A stretch of 64,000 bases of DNA from positions 160,001 to 224,000 of the forward strand of contig CAWGJO010000020.1 of the NCBI GenBank assembly GCA_963822945.1. Direction: 5' to 3'. Source of the stretch: an uncultured Gemmatimonadaceae bacterium (GTDB taxonomy: Bacteria > Gemmatimonadota > Gemmatimonadetes > Gemmatimonadales > Gemmatimonadaceae). The stretch's first letter is position 1. Each line of letters starts with the position of its first letter. The position numbers were made by a program, and so were the translations under genes. Shown in pieces: positions 31,491 to 44,948 of the stretch. The notes under the pieces were generated by a model. It saw nothing but the letters and a program-made list of their open reading frames with translations. It searched no databases and was not told the DNA's origin.

Positions 31491-33050
31491 GTGCCCCAAT
31501 TCTACATCACGACCGCCATTGACTATGCCAATGGCGAACCGCACCTCGGACACGCGCTGGAGAAGATCGGTGCGGACGCCATCGCCCGCTACCGCCGCCT
31601 GCGCGGCGACGATGTGCATTTTCTCATGGGCATGGACGAGCACGGCCAGAAGGTGGCGCAGGCCGCCGCCGAACGCGGGGTGCCGCCGCAGGAGCTGGTG
31701 GACCGCATCGCCGCGTCGTTCCAGGCCATGTGGGCACGGCTCGACGTTTCCTACGACCAGTTCATTCGCACCACGCAACCCGCGCACAAGGCCGGCGTCC
31801 GGGCGCTGATCACGCGCATCCACGAACTCAACCCCGACGACTTCTACGAGAAGACGTACGAGGGCTGGTATTGCGTGGGGTGCGAACTGTTCAAGCGCGA
31901 CGACGAGATCGTGGACGGCAAGTGCGTGTTGCACCCGACGCGCGAGTTGCAGTGGACGCAGGAGACGAACTGGTTCTTCCGGCTCACCCGCTACGCGCCG
32001 TTTCTGCAGGAGCTGTTCGCCACGCATCCCGAGTTCCTGCGCCCGGAGACGCGCCGGAACGAGATCCTGTCCCTGATGGAGCAGGGACTGGAAGACATCT
32101 CGATCACCCGGTCGCGGCTGGCGTGGGCCATCCCGTTTCCGATTCCGACCAGCGCCGGGGAACACCAGGGCACGTGGGTGTGGTTCGACGCGCTACCCAA
32201 CTATCTGACCGCCACCGGCTATCCCGATCCGTCGTTCACGCAACGGTGGCCGGCCCAGTTGCACGTGATCGGCAAGGACATCACCCGCCTGCACTGCGTG
32301 ATCTGGCCGGCAATGCTCAAGGCCGCCGACCTGGACCTGCCGGAGTCGGTGTGGGCGCACGGCTTCGTGTCGCTGGGCGGTGAGCGGTTCAGCAAGTCGG
32401 CGGGGGTGAAGTTGGAACTCGGGGACGCCATCGACCGGTTCGGCGCCGACGCGTTCCGCTACTTTCTGGCCCGCGAGGTGCCGTTCGACGGTGACGGCAG
32501 CTTCTCGTGGGAGCGGTTCGAGGACCGGTACAATGCCGACCTGGCCAATGCCTGGGGCAATCTGGCCAGCCGGACGATCTCGATGGTGGAGCGCTATCGC
32601 GGCGGCGTGGTGCCCGCCGCGGCGCGCGGACCGGTGGACGAAGCGGACGCCACCGATTACGCGGCCTATCATGCCTCGATGGACGGGTCGCGGGGATACA
32701 TGCTCCACGACGCGCTGCGCCACGTGTGGCTCACCGTGGCCCGCGGCAACGAGTACGTCGACCGTCAGGCGCCGTGGAAGCTGGCCAAGGATCCAGCGCT
32801 GGCCGGAGAACTCGACACGACGCTCGGCACGCTCATCCGCCAGCTCGCGCGACAGTGCGTGGCGCTGCAGCCCTTCATGCCCCGCAAGACCCAGGAACTC
32901 TGGGAACAGCTCGGAGGCCCGGGCGCCGTGGCCGAGCAGCGTTTCGCCGGCTTCGACGCCCTGGATGCCGCAGGGTGGCGCGTGCAGAAAGGCGCACCCC
33001 TGTTCCCGAAGGAGCAGACACCGGACAAAAAGAAGCCGGCGGCGGAGTGA
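31491..33050 (+). CDS. metG: Methionine--tRNA ligase (short form, no C-terminal tRNA-binding domain)
   Basis: FYITTAIDYANGEPHLGH, GMDEHG, VWFDALPNY, GKDI, RFSKS. Confidence 0.93.
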   Translation: MPQFYITTAIDYANGEPHLGHALEKIGADAIARYRRLRGDDVHFLMGMDEHGQKVAQAAAERGVPPQELVDRIAASFQAMWARLDVSYDQFIRTTQPAHKAGVRALITRIHELNPDDFYEKTYEGWYCVGCELFKRDDEIVDGKCVLHPTRELQWTQETNWFFRLTRYAPFLQELFATHPEFLRPETRRNEILSLMEQGLEDISITRSRLAWAIPFPIPTSAGEHQGTWVWFDALPNYLTATGYPDPSFTQRWPAQLHVIGKDITRLHCVIWPAMLKAADLDLPESVWAHGFVSLGGERFSKSAGVKLELGDAIDRFGADAFRYFLAREVPFDGDGSFSWERFEDRYNADLANAWGNLASRTISMVERYRGGVVPAAARGPVDEADATDYAAYHASMDGSRGYMLHDALRHVWLTVARGNEYVDRQAPWKLAKDPALAGELDTTLGTLIRQLARQCVALQPFMPRKTQELWEQLGGPGAVAEQRFAGFDALDAAGWRVQKGAPLFPKEQTPDKKKPAAE

Positions 33051-33064
33051 TCTCCGCCGCCGGC
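33035..33064. terminator. GC hairpin overlapping the metG stop
   Basis: gccggcggcggag tgat ctccgccgccggc. Confidence 0.55.
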
Positions 33065-33119
33065 CCGGACTCTCCGGCCTCCGGCTATCAGCCGAACGCC
33101 GCCCGACGTGGCGCGTTGC

Positions 33120-33647
33120 TCAGAACTTGATGCCGAACGTGATCGGCAGCATCTGCGCCGACGAGCCGCTGGTGTTGATGTAGTAGTAGCGGAGCTCGAC
33201 GAACGTCGTCATGTCGTTGAGCTGCCACTCCAGTCCCCCGCCGAAGTTGAGTCCGAAATCGTTCTCGCTGAACCCGCCCTGGCTCAGGTGGTTGAGCCCG
33301 ATGCCGCCGATGAAGTACGGCGCGCCGGTGCCGCTGGCCATCGGATACACCGCGTTGATGTACCCCGACGTGATGCCCATGTTGGGCAGGCCGAACTTGC
33401 CGCTGAATCCTGAATACGACAACTCGCCACGAAGTCCAACCGGCCATCCCTGCGGCGTTCCGGCCACCAACCCGTTGAGGATGTACCCGGTCTGCTGCGT
33501 CTGGCTAAGGTCGCTCAGTGGGATATTGAGACCGGCACTCAACCCGAAGCGGACGGGCGAGGCCTCCTGGGCCCGGGCCGTCCGGCCGGTGAATGCAACC
33601 AGGGCGAGCATCGTCGCCGCGGACGCTGCGTAGCGGGAAAGTCTCAT
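33120..33647 (-). CDS. Small outer-membrane beta-barrel protein (OmpA/OmpW-like)
   Basis: Signal peptide ARA-Q; PYFIGGIG, FGLNFGGG; terminal aromatic residue in GIKF. Confidence 0.8.
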   Translation of the reverse strand: MRLSRYAASAATMLALVAFTGRTARAQEASPVRFGLSAGLNIPLSDLSQTQQTGYILNGLVAGTPQGWPVGLRGELSYSGFSGKFGLPNMGITSGYINAVYPMASGTGAPYFIGGIGLNHLSQGGFSENDFGLNFGGGLEWQLNDMTTFVELRYYYINTSGSSAQMLPITFGIKF

Positions 33648-33767
33648 ATTTGGGCTCCTGAGTCTTGGGTTCGCTGTGCGCCGTCGGCGGCGCGAGGTTC
33701 GTCGCATGCGGGCCGGCTCCAGCCGGAACCATACCCGCCTGCAACCTAGTGCAATGTCCCGATCGCG

Positions 33768-33798
33768 AAAGCGGGCGGCGCTTCGTTCCGCCGCCCGC
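33768..33798 (-). terminator. Intrinsic terminator after lemA
   Basis: gcgggcggcg / cgccgcccgc stem followed by ttt on the minus strand. Confidence 0.6.
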
Positions 33799-33843
33799 GT
33801 TCACTACACCACAACCCCGTCGGAGTTACGCCGTCTCGGGGCC

Positions 33844-34443
33844 CTACTTCTTCGGCGTGGTCGTGGTCGCTCCCTTCGCGGGCGCCGGCGTCGAGAAGTC
33901 GACGGTCGGCACCTGCGTCGCGCCCTCGGTCGCCTGGAAGTACTTCCGTTCCTTGGCGCCGGTGACCTTTGCCGTCAGCACCGCCGGAAAGCGCCGGATG
34001 TACGCGTTATACGACTTCACCGCGTCGTTGTAATCGCTCCGCGCCACGGCGATGCGGTTCTCCGTACCCGTGAGTTCGTCCTGCAGCCGCAGGAAATTCT
34101 CGTCGGCCTTGAGGTTCGGATAGTTCTCCGAGATCGCCAACAGCCGACCCAGCGCGCTCGTCATTCCCTGATCGGCGTTCGCCATCTGCTCGGGATCGCC
34201 GCTCTTCACCGAATTGAGCAGGCGCGAGCGGGCCTCGGCCACCGTGTTGAACACCTCTTCCTCGTGCGCCGCGTAGCCCTTCACGGTGCTGACGAGATTC
34301 GGAATCAGGTCGGCGCGCCGCTGCAGTTGAACCTCGATCTGACTCTGCGCCGACGAGGCCTGCTCGTCCAGCGTCTGGATGGTGTTGTAACCGCAACCCG
34401 AGACGAGCACGGCGAGCCCTACCACGAGCCAGCGACGTTTCAT
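33844..34443 (-). CDS. lemA: LemA family lipoprotein
   Basis: VSGC lipobox; QRRADLIPNLV, ENYPNLKA, TENRIAVAR. Confidence 0.93.
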   Translation of the reverse strand: MKRRWLVVGLAVLVSGCGYNTIQTLDEQASSAQSQIEVQLQRRADLIPNLVSTVKGYAAHEEEVFNTVAEARSRLLNSVKSGDPEQMANADQGMTSALGRLLAISENYPNLKADENFLRLQDELTGTENRIAVARSDYNDAVKSYNAYIRRFPAVLTAKVTGAKERKYFQATEGATQVPTVDFSTPAPAKGATTTTPKK

Positions 34444-34540
34444 CGGTTCGTTCCTCGTTCCCAATGTGAACCGGCGCCGGACGGCTTTCGCCAGTCCCCC
34501 GCCGGGCGACGGCCGGAATCGCTTCCGGCCCTCCCTTCCC

Positions 34541-34566
34541 TACGAACATTCCCCGACCGGAGTTCC
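34541..34566 (-). promoter_or_regulatory. ECF-sigma-type promoter GGAAC-N17-CGTA, internal to the operon
   Basis: Minus strand GGAAC tccggtcggggaatgtt CGTA in the gap upstream of lemA. Confidence 0.6.
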
Positions 34567-34571
34567 GCCGG

Positions 34572-35291
34572 CTACCCCTGCTCGGCGAACCGGTCGAGGT
34601 ATTCCACGATCCCTTCCATGCCCTTGAGAAAGCCGTCGAGCACGGCGGGCGCGTCCACCGGGGCGAGCTTGTTCTCGCCCCGCACGTGGCGCACCACGCG
34701 CACGAACGCGTCGGCATCGACCCGCGCCGCCCCGCTCACCGACCGGCTCAACTCCACGTTGTCGCGCGACGGGATCTCGCCGCGCAGCCGCTCGACCGCG
34801 CGGAAGATCACCATGATCGTGCTCACGCTCGACGACAGGAGTTGCAGTTCCGCCTTCCGATCACCGGCCGACGCCAGCAGGCCCTGCCGGAGCGCCAGCA
34901 GCTTCCCGCGGGCCTGGTGCTCGAGCTGCAGGCGCAGGTCGGCCTTGCTGACCTGTACGCCGTCGAACGGCGACCGTCCGTGCAGCACCCGATGCCGGTC
35001 GATCATGTCGGCGTATTCCATCGGGAACACGTCGGACGAGTCCCGCCACTCCTCCTCCGTGAAGATCAGCGGCGGCGGATTGCCGGCCTCGCCCCAGGCA
35101 CGGGCCGTCGCCGAGAGCGCCCGCAGCCGCTCGGCGTCCAACCGCTTGACGATCACGAGCACGTTGTAGTCGGAGCGATTCGGGATGTGCTCCCCCGCCG
35201 CCGCCGAACCATAGAGCACCACCGAGTCCAGCCCATCCGCGAACGTCGAACTGAGCTGGGCCACCAATTCATCGAGCGTCATCTTTGCCAT
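34572..35291 (-). CDS. Pol-beta-like nucleotidyltransferase domain protein
   Basis: VVLYGSAAAGE....SDYNVLVI; DVFPMEY. Confidence 0.8.
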   Translation of the reverse strand: MAKMTLDELVAQLSSTFADGLDSVVLYGSAAAGEHIPNRSDYNVLVIVKRLDAERLRALSATARAWGEAGNPPPLIFTEEEWRDSSDVFPMEYADMIDRHRVLHGRSPFDGVQVSKADLRLQLEHQARGKLLALRQGLLASAGDRKAELQLLSSSVSTIMVIFRAVERLRGEIPSRDNVELSRSVSGAARVDADAFVRVVRHVRGENKLAPVDAPAVLDGFLKGMEGIVEYLDRFAEQG

Positions 35292-35295
35292 AACG

Positions 35296-36105
35296 TCACC
35301 AGGAAGAGCCTCCGCCGCCGCCACTGAAGCCACCGCCACCGCCGAATCCGCCGAATCCGCCTCCCCCACCGAATCCGCCGCCGAATCCCCCACCGCCCCA
35401 TCCGCCCCGGCCTCCGCCGCCCCCCATTCCCCACGGAATGAAGAAGATCGGGAGGCACCCGCGCCGGCGACCGCCGAGCATGCTGAGGAGAATGAACAGC
35501 AGGAACAGAAAGACAATCGGCGGAATGCCGCCCGATTGTCCGTTGCCGGTCCGAACCGGCGCTCGCACCGCCGTGAGCGCCGAGTCGAGCGAGAAGTGGT
35601 ACTCCCCGGCGATCTTCTGGGCCACGCGAACGGCCACCAGCGACACGCCGTCGCTGTAGTCGCCGGTGCGGAAGTACTTCGAAACCGCCTCCCGACAGAT
35701 GTCCCCGGCATCGGCGTCGGTGATGTACCCTTCGGCGCCCCGTCCCACTTCGATGCGGCACTCCCCGTGCCCGCTCGAATTGGTCTCCTTGGGCACGATC
35801 AGGATCACGATGCCCGCGTTGCGATTCGGGTCGCCCGGCTGCCCGATGTTCCCCACCTTCCACTGCCGGCCGATCTGCAGGCTCACTTCGCTCACCGGCC
35901 GGCCCTTGAGGTCGGGCAGCGTCACGATGGCCATCTCGCCGGGCGAACTGGTCCGCACGGCCTGGGCCAACTGCGTCAGCACGTTCGACGTCTGAGGCGT
36001 CAGGACGTGGGCAAAGTCGTTGACCAACCCGGTCGGCGCGGGAATCTGCAGCGGGCCACCCTGGAGCAGCGCCGCAACGCCCACGAGGAGCGAGAGCATG
36101 AACAC
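35296..36105 (-). CDS. TPM domain membrane protein with Gly-rich tail
   Basis: GLVNDFAHVL, RIEVGRGAEG.ITD, TM helix, GGFSGGGGGSSW terminus. Confidence 0.9.
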   Translation of the reverse strand: MFMLSLLVGVAALLQGGPLQIPAPTGLVNDFAHVLTPQTSNVLTQLAQAVRTSSPGEMAIVTLPDLKGRPVSEVSLQIGRQWKVGNIGQPGDPNRNAGIVILIVPKETNSSGHGECRIEVGRGAEGYITDADAGDICREAVSKYFRTGDYSDGVSLVAVRVAQKIAGEYHFSLDSALTAVRAPVRTGNGQSGGIPPIVFLFLLFILLSMLGGRRRGCLPIFFIPWGMGGGGGRGGWGGGGFGGGFGGGGGFGGFGGGGGFSGGGGGSSW

Positions 36106-36221
36106 GAGCGTTCGAAGTCGGGTAAGAGAAGTGGTTGGGCCTCTTCGAGTCTAGCCATCCCGCGAGCCCACGGCCAGACGAGGGGAGTCCCTCCGCATGT
36201 CGCTGGCCTGCATTAAGTTAG

Positions 36222-36247
36222 TACGTAATCCGGAGCACTGTTGTTTC
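36222..36247 (-). promoter_or_regulatory. ECF-sigma-type promoter GAAAC-N17-CGTA
   Basis: Minus strand GAAAC aacagtgctccggatta CGTA upstream of the TPM operon. Confidence 0.7.
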
Positions 36248-36275
36248 CCCGCCTTCCCTCTCGATCCCAGCAGCC

Positions 36276-36944
36276 ATGCCCCGCACCCGTCTCCTCATCT
36301 CCGCCTCGGTAGCGGTTCTGGCGCTCGCCACGCTCGGCGCCAACGCGCCACGCCCGGGAAGCGACCACGCATCGGCCCGGACCTCCGCCGACAGCATCTC
36401 GACCCGGGCCGATGCCGGCCGCATTCTCGGCTCACCGACGGCCAAGGTGTGGCTCATCGAAGCGAGCGACTTCCAGTGCCCCTTCTGCAAGCAGTGGCAC
36501 GATGAATCGTACGCGACGATCATCAAGGACTACGTGAACACGGGCAAGGTTCGGTACGCGTTTCTGAACGATCCGCTCTCCATGCACCAGTTCTCGATGC
36601 AGGCCGCGGAAGCCGCCATGTGCGCGTCGGTCCAGGACAAGTTCTGGCCGATGCACCAGGCGCTGTTCGCCACGCAACACCAATGGGAAGTGCTGCCCAA
36701 TCCGGCCGCGTATTTCGACTCCCTCGCCGTGAAGGCCGGCGTGAACGCCGACGAATGGCGCACGTGCGTGCGGACGCACGCCACGCGGCCGATCATCGAC
36801 GCCGACCGGTACCGCTTGCGGGCCAGCGGCGTGCAGTCCACGCCAACCTTCTTCGTCGGCAGTCAGCGGCTGGAGGGCGTTCAGCCGCTGGCCGTCATGC
36901 GCCAGGTGCTGGACCAGGCGCTGGCCAAGGCGGGCACCCCGTAG
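36276..36944 (+). CDS. DsbA/BdbD-like thioredoxin-fold protein
   Basis: SDFQCPFC, GVQSTPTF; signal peptide. Confidence 0.88.
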   Translation: MPRTRLLISASVAVLALATLGANAPRPGSDHASARTSADSISTRADAGRILGSPTAKVWLIEASDFQCPFCKQWHDESYATIIKDYVNTGKVRYAFLNDPLSMHQFSMQAAEAAMCASVQDKFWPMHQALFATQHQWEVLPNPAAYFDSLAVKAGVNADEWRTCVRTHATRPIIDADRYRLRASGVQSTPTFFVGSQRLEGVQPLAVMRQVLDQALAKAGTP

Positions 36945-36972
36945 CCCCGGCGCCACCCGCCAGGCACGCACC

Positions 36973-38259
36973 GTGAACGCCGCCGTCCGCCCGGTGTATG
37001 CCGCGGCTGCGCAACTGGCGCGGCTGGGGGCGGCGTTGGCCCCGGGGGACGGATCGAAACTGGTCCGCACCTTTGCCGCGCGACGCGGCATTCGCGAGCG
37101 CTACGCCGCGTGGGGCCGGCAGGGGCGCCAGGCCGGCCGCACCCTGCTCTGGATGCACGCGCCCTCCGTGGGCGAGGGGCTCCAGGCCCGGCCGGTGCTC
37201 GAGCTGTTGCGAGCGCGGCATCCGGCGCTGCAGCTGGCCTACACCTTCTTCTCGCCGAGTGCCGAGCGGTTCGCGTCGGGGCTGGACGTGGATTTCCGCG
37301 ACTTTCTTCCGTTCGATACCGTTGGGGATGCGCGCGCCGCGCTCGCGGCGTTGACCCCGCGCGCGCTCGTGTTCAGCAAGCTGGACGTGTGGCCCGTGCT
37401 CGCGCGCGAAGCGGCGCGGCAGGGCGTGAAGCTCGGGCTGGTGAGCGCGACCCTCGCCCGCGACTCGTCCCGCGGTCGCGGGCTTGCAGCCATGGTCCTG
37501 CACGACGCGTATGCGCGCCTGGACACCGTTGGCGCCATCGATACCGAAGACGCCGAACGCCTGGTCCGGCTCGGCGTGCGCGAGACGGTGGTCCAGGTCA
37601 CCGGCGACACCCGATTCGACCAGGTGTGGGCACGCGCTGCGAACGCGGGACTCGGCCGCCCGCTCATCGCGCCCCTGGTCTCGGAGCGTCCGACGCTCGT
37701 GGCTGGTTCGACCTGGCCCACCGATGAGACGCACCTGCTCCCGGCGTTCGCGGCCTGCCGCGGCAGCACGCCCGCCGTCCGGCTCATCGTCGCGCCGCAC
37801 GAGCCGTCGCCCGAACACCTGCGGCCCATCGAACGGTGGGCCGCGCAGGAACGAATCCCGTTGGCGCGGCTCGGAACGCCCGAGGCTTCGACCGCCGACG
37901 TCGTACTCGTGGACCGCGTGGGTGTGCTCGGCGATCTCTACGCACTCGCCGATCTCGCATACGTCGGAGGTGCGTTCCACTCGGCCGGCCTGCATTCGGT
38001 ACTCGAGCCGGCGGCATTCGGAGTGCCGGTGCTATTCGGCCCGCGCCACCAGGGGACGCGCGACGCGGGGCTCCTGCTGCGGGCCGACGCGGCGGTGGCC
38101 GTTTCCGGTCGCTCCGATCTGCTGGATGCCGTGAACGCCTGGGTCGGGGACCCGAACGCCCGGCGCGCGGCCGGCGCGCGGGCGCGCGCCGTCATCGAAC
38201 GGGGGCTGGGGGCCGCCGAACGGTCCGCGCGTCTCGTGGAACGCCTCTTGGCCGACTGA
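36973..38259 (+). CDS. waaA: 3-deoxy-D-manno-octulosonic acid transferase
   Basis: WMHAPSVGE, GDTRFD, AGSTW, YVGG, SVLEPA..GVPVLFGP. Confidence 0.9.
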   Translation: MNAAVRPVYAAAAQLARLGAALAPGDGSKLVRTFAARRGIRERYAAWGRQGRQAGRTLLWMHAPSVGEGLQARPVLELLRARHPALQLAYTFFSPSAERFASGLDVDFRDFLPFDTVGDARAALAALTPRALVFSKLDVWPVLAREAARQGVKLGLVSATLARDSSRGRGLAAMVLHDAYARLDTVGAIDTEDAERLVRLGVRETVVQVTGDTRFDQVWARAANAGLGRPLIAPLVSERPTLVAGSTWPTDETHLLPAFAACRGSTPAVRLIVAPHEPSPEHLRPIERWAAQERIPLARLGTPEASTADVVLVDRVGVLGDLYALADLAYVGGAFHSAGLHSVLEPAAFGVPVLFGPRHQGTRDAGLLLRADAAVAVSGRSDLLDAVNAWVGDPNARRAAGARARAVIERGLGAAERSARLVERLLAD

Positions 38260-38357
38260 CCCGTCAGCTTCCGTTTGCCTCAGGCGGAGGGCATCTTTCG
38301 AAGGCAGTCCCCTCGCGGCGTGAGCGCCCGCTGCTCTGCCCCAATCCCGGAGTCCGC

Positions 38358-38870
38358 GTGCGAACAGCCGCCCCGTTGGTCCTGCTGGCCTGGCTTGGCC
38401 TGGCCGGCGCCTGCGCAAGTAGCAAGACGCCGCCGCCGGGCGAGGGCGCGTCGATGTCGCTGACCGGGCCCGCGCCGGCGGTCACCCGGTTTTCTGGCCG
38501 CTTCAGTCCCGTGAGCAACCTCGTCACGGGCACCATCACCACGGGGTCCGTGCGCATCGTGGGCACGGTGCGCCTGCTGAGCGCCCCGGGGAGCGACGAC
38601 CAGTACACCGTACAGTTCGAATTCACCTCCGACCGCGGAGCCGAAGAGCTGTTGTGGAGCGTGGTCGCCGGCCGCTGCGGGAGCGGCAGCTTCCCGCTGA
38701 CGCCTCCCAACCAACTCCGCCCCATCGAGGTCCCGACCAACGGGAGCGTCCGGGTCAGCCGGCACATCGCCGCCGGCCTCACGCCGGGCCTGGACTACCA
38801 CCTGAACCTGTACGCCAACGGGGGCTCGGACCTGTCGTCGGTGGTCGGGTGCGCCAACCTCAAGAGTTGA
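38358..38870 (+). CDS. Hypothetical lipoprotein
   Basis: LAGAC lipobox; beta-rich body with two Cys (GRCG, GCANL). Confidence 0.65.
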   Translation: MRTAAPLVLLAWLGLAGACASSKTPPPGEGASMSLTGPAPAVTRFSGRFSPVSNLVTGTITTGSVRIVGTVRLLSAPGSDDQYTVQFEFTSDRGAEELLWSVVAGRCGSGSFPLTPPNQLRPIEVPTNGSVRVSRHIAAGLTPGLDYHLNLYANGGSDLSSVVGCANLKS

Positions 38871-38904
38871 TGGGGCGGGCCCCGCGCCGGTGATGCGGGA
38901 AGGC

Positions 38905-38936
38905 GAACGGCCCCGGGCAGCTGCCCGGGGCCGTTT
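38905..38936. terminator. Bidirectional terminator between the lipoprotein gene and atpC
   Basis: aacggccccgggc agct gcccggggccgtt. Confidence 0.7.
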
Positions 38937-38964
38937 GCGCCATCGGTCGTCCGCTCCCGCGCGA

Positions 38965-39216
38965 TCAGGCGGCGGTAGCGCTCTCCGTCACGACCCGCAC
39001 GTGGTTCTCCACCACCTGGAGGAAGCCGCCCTCGACCGTGAACCGGCGCTGGGCTGCCCCCCCGTCGAGGCGGAGTTCTCCCTTGCCGAGCAGCGTCATC
39101 ATCGGCGCGTGGCCGGTGAGAATGCCCACCTGGCCGTCGAAGGCCGGCGCGATCACCGACTCGGCGTCGCCTTCGAAGAGCACCGCTCCCGGTGAGATCA
39201 CGGAGACTTTCAGCAC
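38965..39216 (-). CDS. atpC: ATP synthase F1 epsilon (short, N-terminal domain only)
   Basis: GQVGILTGHAP, VEGGFLQV. Confidence 0.92.
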   Translation of the reverse strand: MLKVSVISPGAVLFEGDAESVIAPAFDGQVGILTGHAPMMTLLGKGELRLDGGAAQRRFTVEGGFLQVVENHVRVVTESATAA

Positions 39217-39227
39217 CGGAGTCGTCC

Positions 39228-41527
<2,300 letters not shown>

Positions 41528-41530
41528 GGG

Positions 41531-43132
<1,602 letters not shown>

Positions 43133-43315
43133 ACGGGATGAGCGAAATGAGGGCGTTGAAAAGTTGATGGGGAGCTTGTGAAAATTATCACAAGGCAGGG
43201 GGGCGTGCAAGCATCGTGGTGCGTTGCCGGAAGGGCTCAGCCGGCGGCTGCGTTCGCTTCACCCGGGGGGATTCTGATGCCGGACATCGGGCCCATCGAC
43301 ACGACTTTAGCCCAC

Positions 43316-43723
43316 ATGGCGGGAAGCCTCAAGGACCTCAAAGTGTGGCAGGAGTCCGTCGGCCTGGCGGCCGACGTCATCCGTGCCGTGCGGCACACCA
43401 ACCGCCGCGAGATCAAGACGGTGGCCGAAGCGCTCATGACCACCGGCGTCAGCCTCGCCGACCACATCGCCGATGGGTTCGGCCGCTATTCGGCTCCCGA
43501 GCAGCGCCAGTGCTACCGGGCCGCCCGGCGGGACCTCCTCCGGCTCGAGACCGAACTCACCATCGCGCGGCAGGCCGACCTCGTATCCGCCGCCCACCTC
43601 TCCCAGTTGTCCCACCGGGCTCAGCTCGTGGCGCGGCTCCTGGGCGGCTACCTCGTCTACCTGGACCGCCAGCTCTCGGATCCGGCCAAGTCTACCCGCG
43701 ACTCCGGGCGTGCCCGCGGTTGA
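43316..43723 (+). CDS. Four-helix-bundle protein (23S rRNA IVP / Avd-like family)
   Basis: LKDLKVWQ, SLADHIADGFGR, LETELTIA; the start could also be ATG 43277. Confidence 0.75.
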   Translation: MAGSLKDLKVWQESVGLAADVIRAVRHTNRREIKTVAEALMTTGVSLADHIADGFGRYSAPEQRQCYRAARRDLLRLETELTIARQADLVSAAHLSQLSHRAQLVARLLGGYLVYLDRQLSDPAKSTRDSGRARG

Positions 43724-44498
43724 ACCGCTCGATCAGGTCGACGGTCCGCAGCCGGGCCAGCGAGGCCGGCCGCGTGGCGGCGATGCGTTGGGCCGTGCTG
43801 GACAGGTGCGAGGACGACGCGAAGCCGAGCACGCGAGCCACGTCCCGGACGTCGTAGCCGGGGTTCTTGGCCAGCTCGGCGGCGCCGATGAGCCGCACGA
43901 GGTCGATGATGCGCTTCAGGTTCGGCGCCCCCTCGGCCGAGAAGGTGCGGCTCAGGTGCTCGCGGGTGACCCCCAGCGCACCGGCCAGGGCGGCGGTGCG
44001 TACGGGACGCCCGGCGTGCCCGACCACGTACTGCCAGGCGCCCACCTGGAGCTGTGTGCTCAGCGCCAGCGGCTTGGGCGGGTTGCCCAGGGCGCGCGTG
44101 AAGCGGGTGCTGTATGCCTGCCGCAGCACCAGTTCCCGCATCGCCTCCTCGTCGATGTCTTCCACCAGGACATCGGCGAAGTCGAGCGCCGCGCATTGGG
44201 CGAGCACCGGCCCGTCGGCCGCGCGGAGGGTGGTGAGGGCGAAGAAGGGAACGCTGGGGTACTCGCGGGCGAGCGCGGCGGCCTGCCAATTCTCCTCCTG
44301 CGCCGACCCGAGATCGACGATGGCGGCGTCGATGAGCTCCTCGTGGAAGCTCCGGCCGAAGTCGTCGACCGAACGGCGCACGACGAGCCGCCACCGCCGG
44401 CGGGGGAAGGTGTCGCGAGCGAGCGTGCGCGTGCGTTCTCGGGGCGCGAAGACGAGGACGGTAGGCGGGGGCCCTGCCGGCGCGACACGTTGGCGCAT
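43692..44498 (-). CDS. AraC-type HTH protein with a degenerate receiver-like N-terminus
   Basis: LAGALGVTREHLSR and VARVLGFASSSHLS helix-turn-helix motifs; DAAIVD. Confidence 0.75.
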   Translation of the reverse strand: MRQRVAPAGPPPTVLVFAPRERTRTLARDTFPRRRWRLVVRRSVDDFGRSFHEELIDAAIVDLGSAQEENWQAAALAREYPSVPFFALTTLRAADGPVLAQCAALDFADVLVEDIDEEAMRELVLRQAYSTRFTRALGNPPKPLALSTQLQVGAWQYVVGHAGRPVRTAALAGALGVTREHLSRTFSAEGAPNLKRIIDLVRLIGAAELAKNPGYDVRDVARVLGFASSSHLSSTAQRIAATRPASLARLRTVDLIERFNRGHARSRG

Positions 44499-44501
44499 GG
44501 G

Positions 44502-44948
44502 TCAGACGCCGGCGAGGCGCGCCGTTACCTGATCGTTTGCGCGCCGCAGGATCTCGCGCGCGTTGCCGTAGGAGATTCGAGTTTCGGCTTCCGCGAACGG
44601 CAGCCATTTGCAGGCGCTGATGCCCTCGTCCCGCTGCGGGCAGGTGCGCGTGACCGACGTCTCCATCAGGAAGAAGTGGCAGATCTTGTGGATGAGGCGG
44701 CCGCGGAATCGAAAGTACCAATCGATGGTGTCGATGTCCCCCCGCACCTCGACGTCGGCGAGCCCGGTCTCCTCCGCGACTTCCCGGACGGCGGCGGTGG
44801 CCGGGAGTTCCCCCTCCTCGATATGCCCCTTGGGGAAGCCCCAGTTCTTGTAGCTGTCGCGGATCAGCAGGTAGAGCGGACGTCCGTCCTGCAGGCGGTA
44901 GACGACCCCGCCGGCAGAGGTTTCGAGGGCCGCGCGCGGACGGCTCAC
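44502..44948 (-). CDS. NUDIX hydrolase (Ap4A-hydrolase-like)
   Basis: WGFPKGHIEEGE....AVREVAEETG. Confidence 0.9.
   Translation of the reverse strand: MSRPRAALETSAGGVVYRLQDGRPLYLLIRDSYKNWGFPKGHIEEGELPATAAVREVAEETGLADVEVRGDIDTIDWYFRFRGRLIHKICHFFLMETSVTRTCPQRDEGISACKWLPFAEAETRISYGNAREILRRANDQVTARLAGV

Noticed and set aside
43316..43723. Diversity-generating retroelement suggested by the Avd-like protein
   Set aside because: No reverse transcriptase and no TR/VR repeat pair seen
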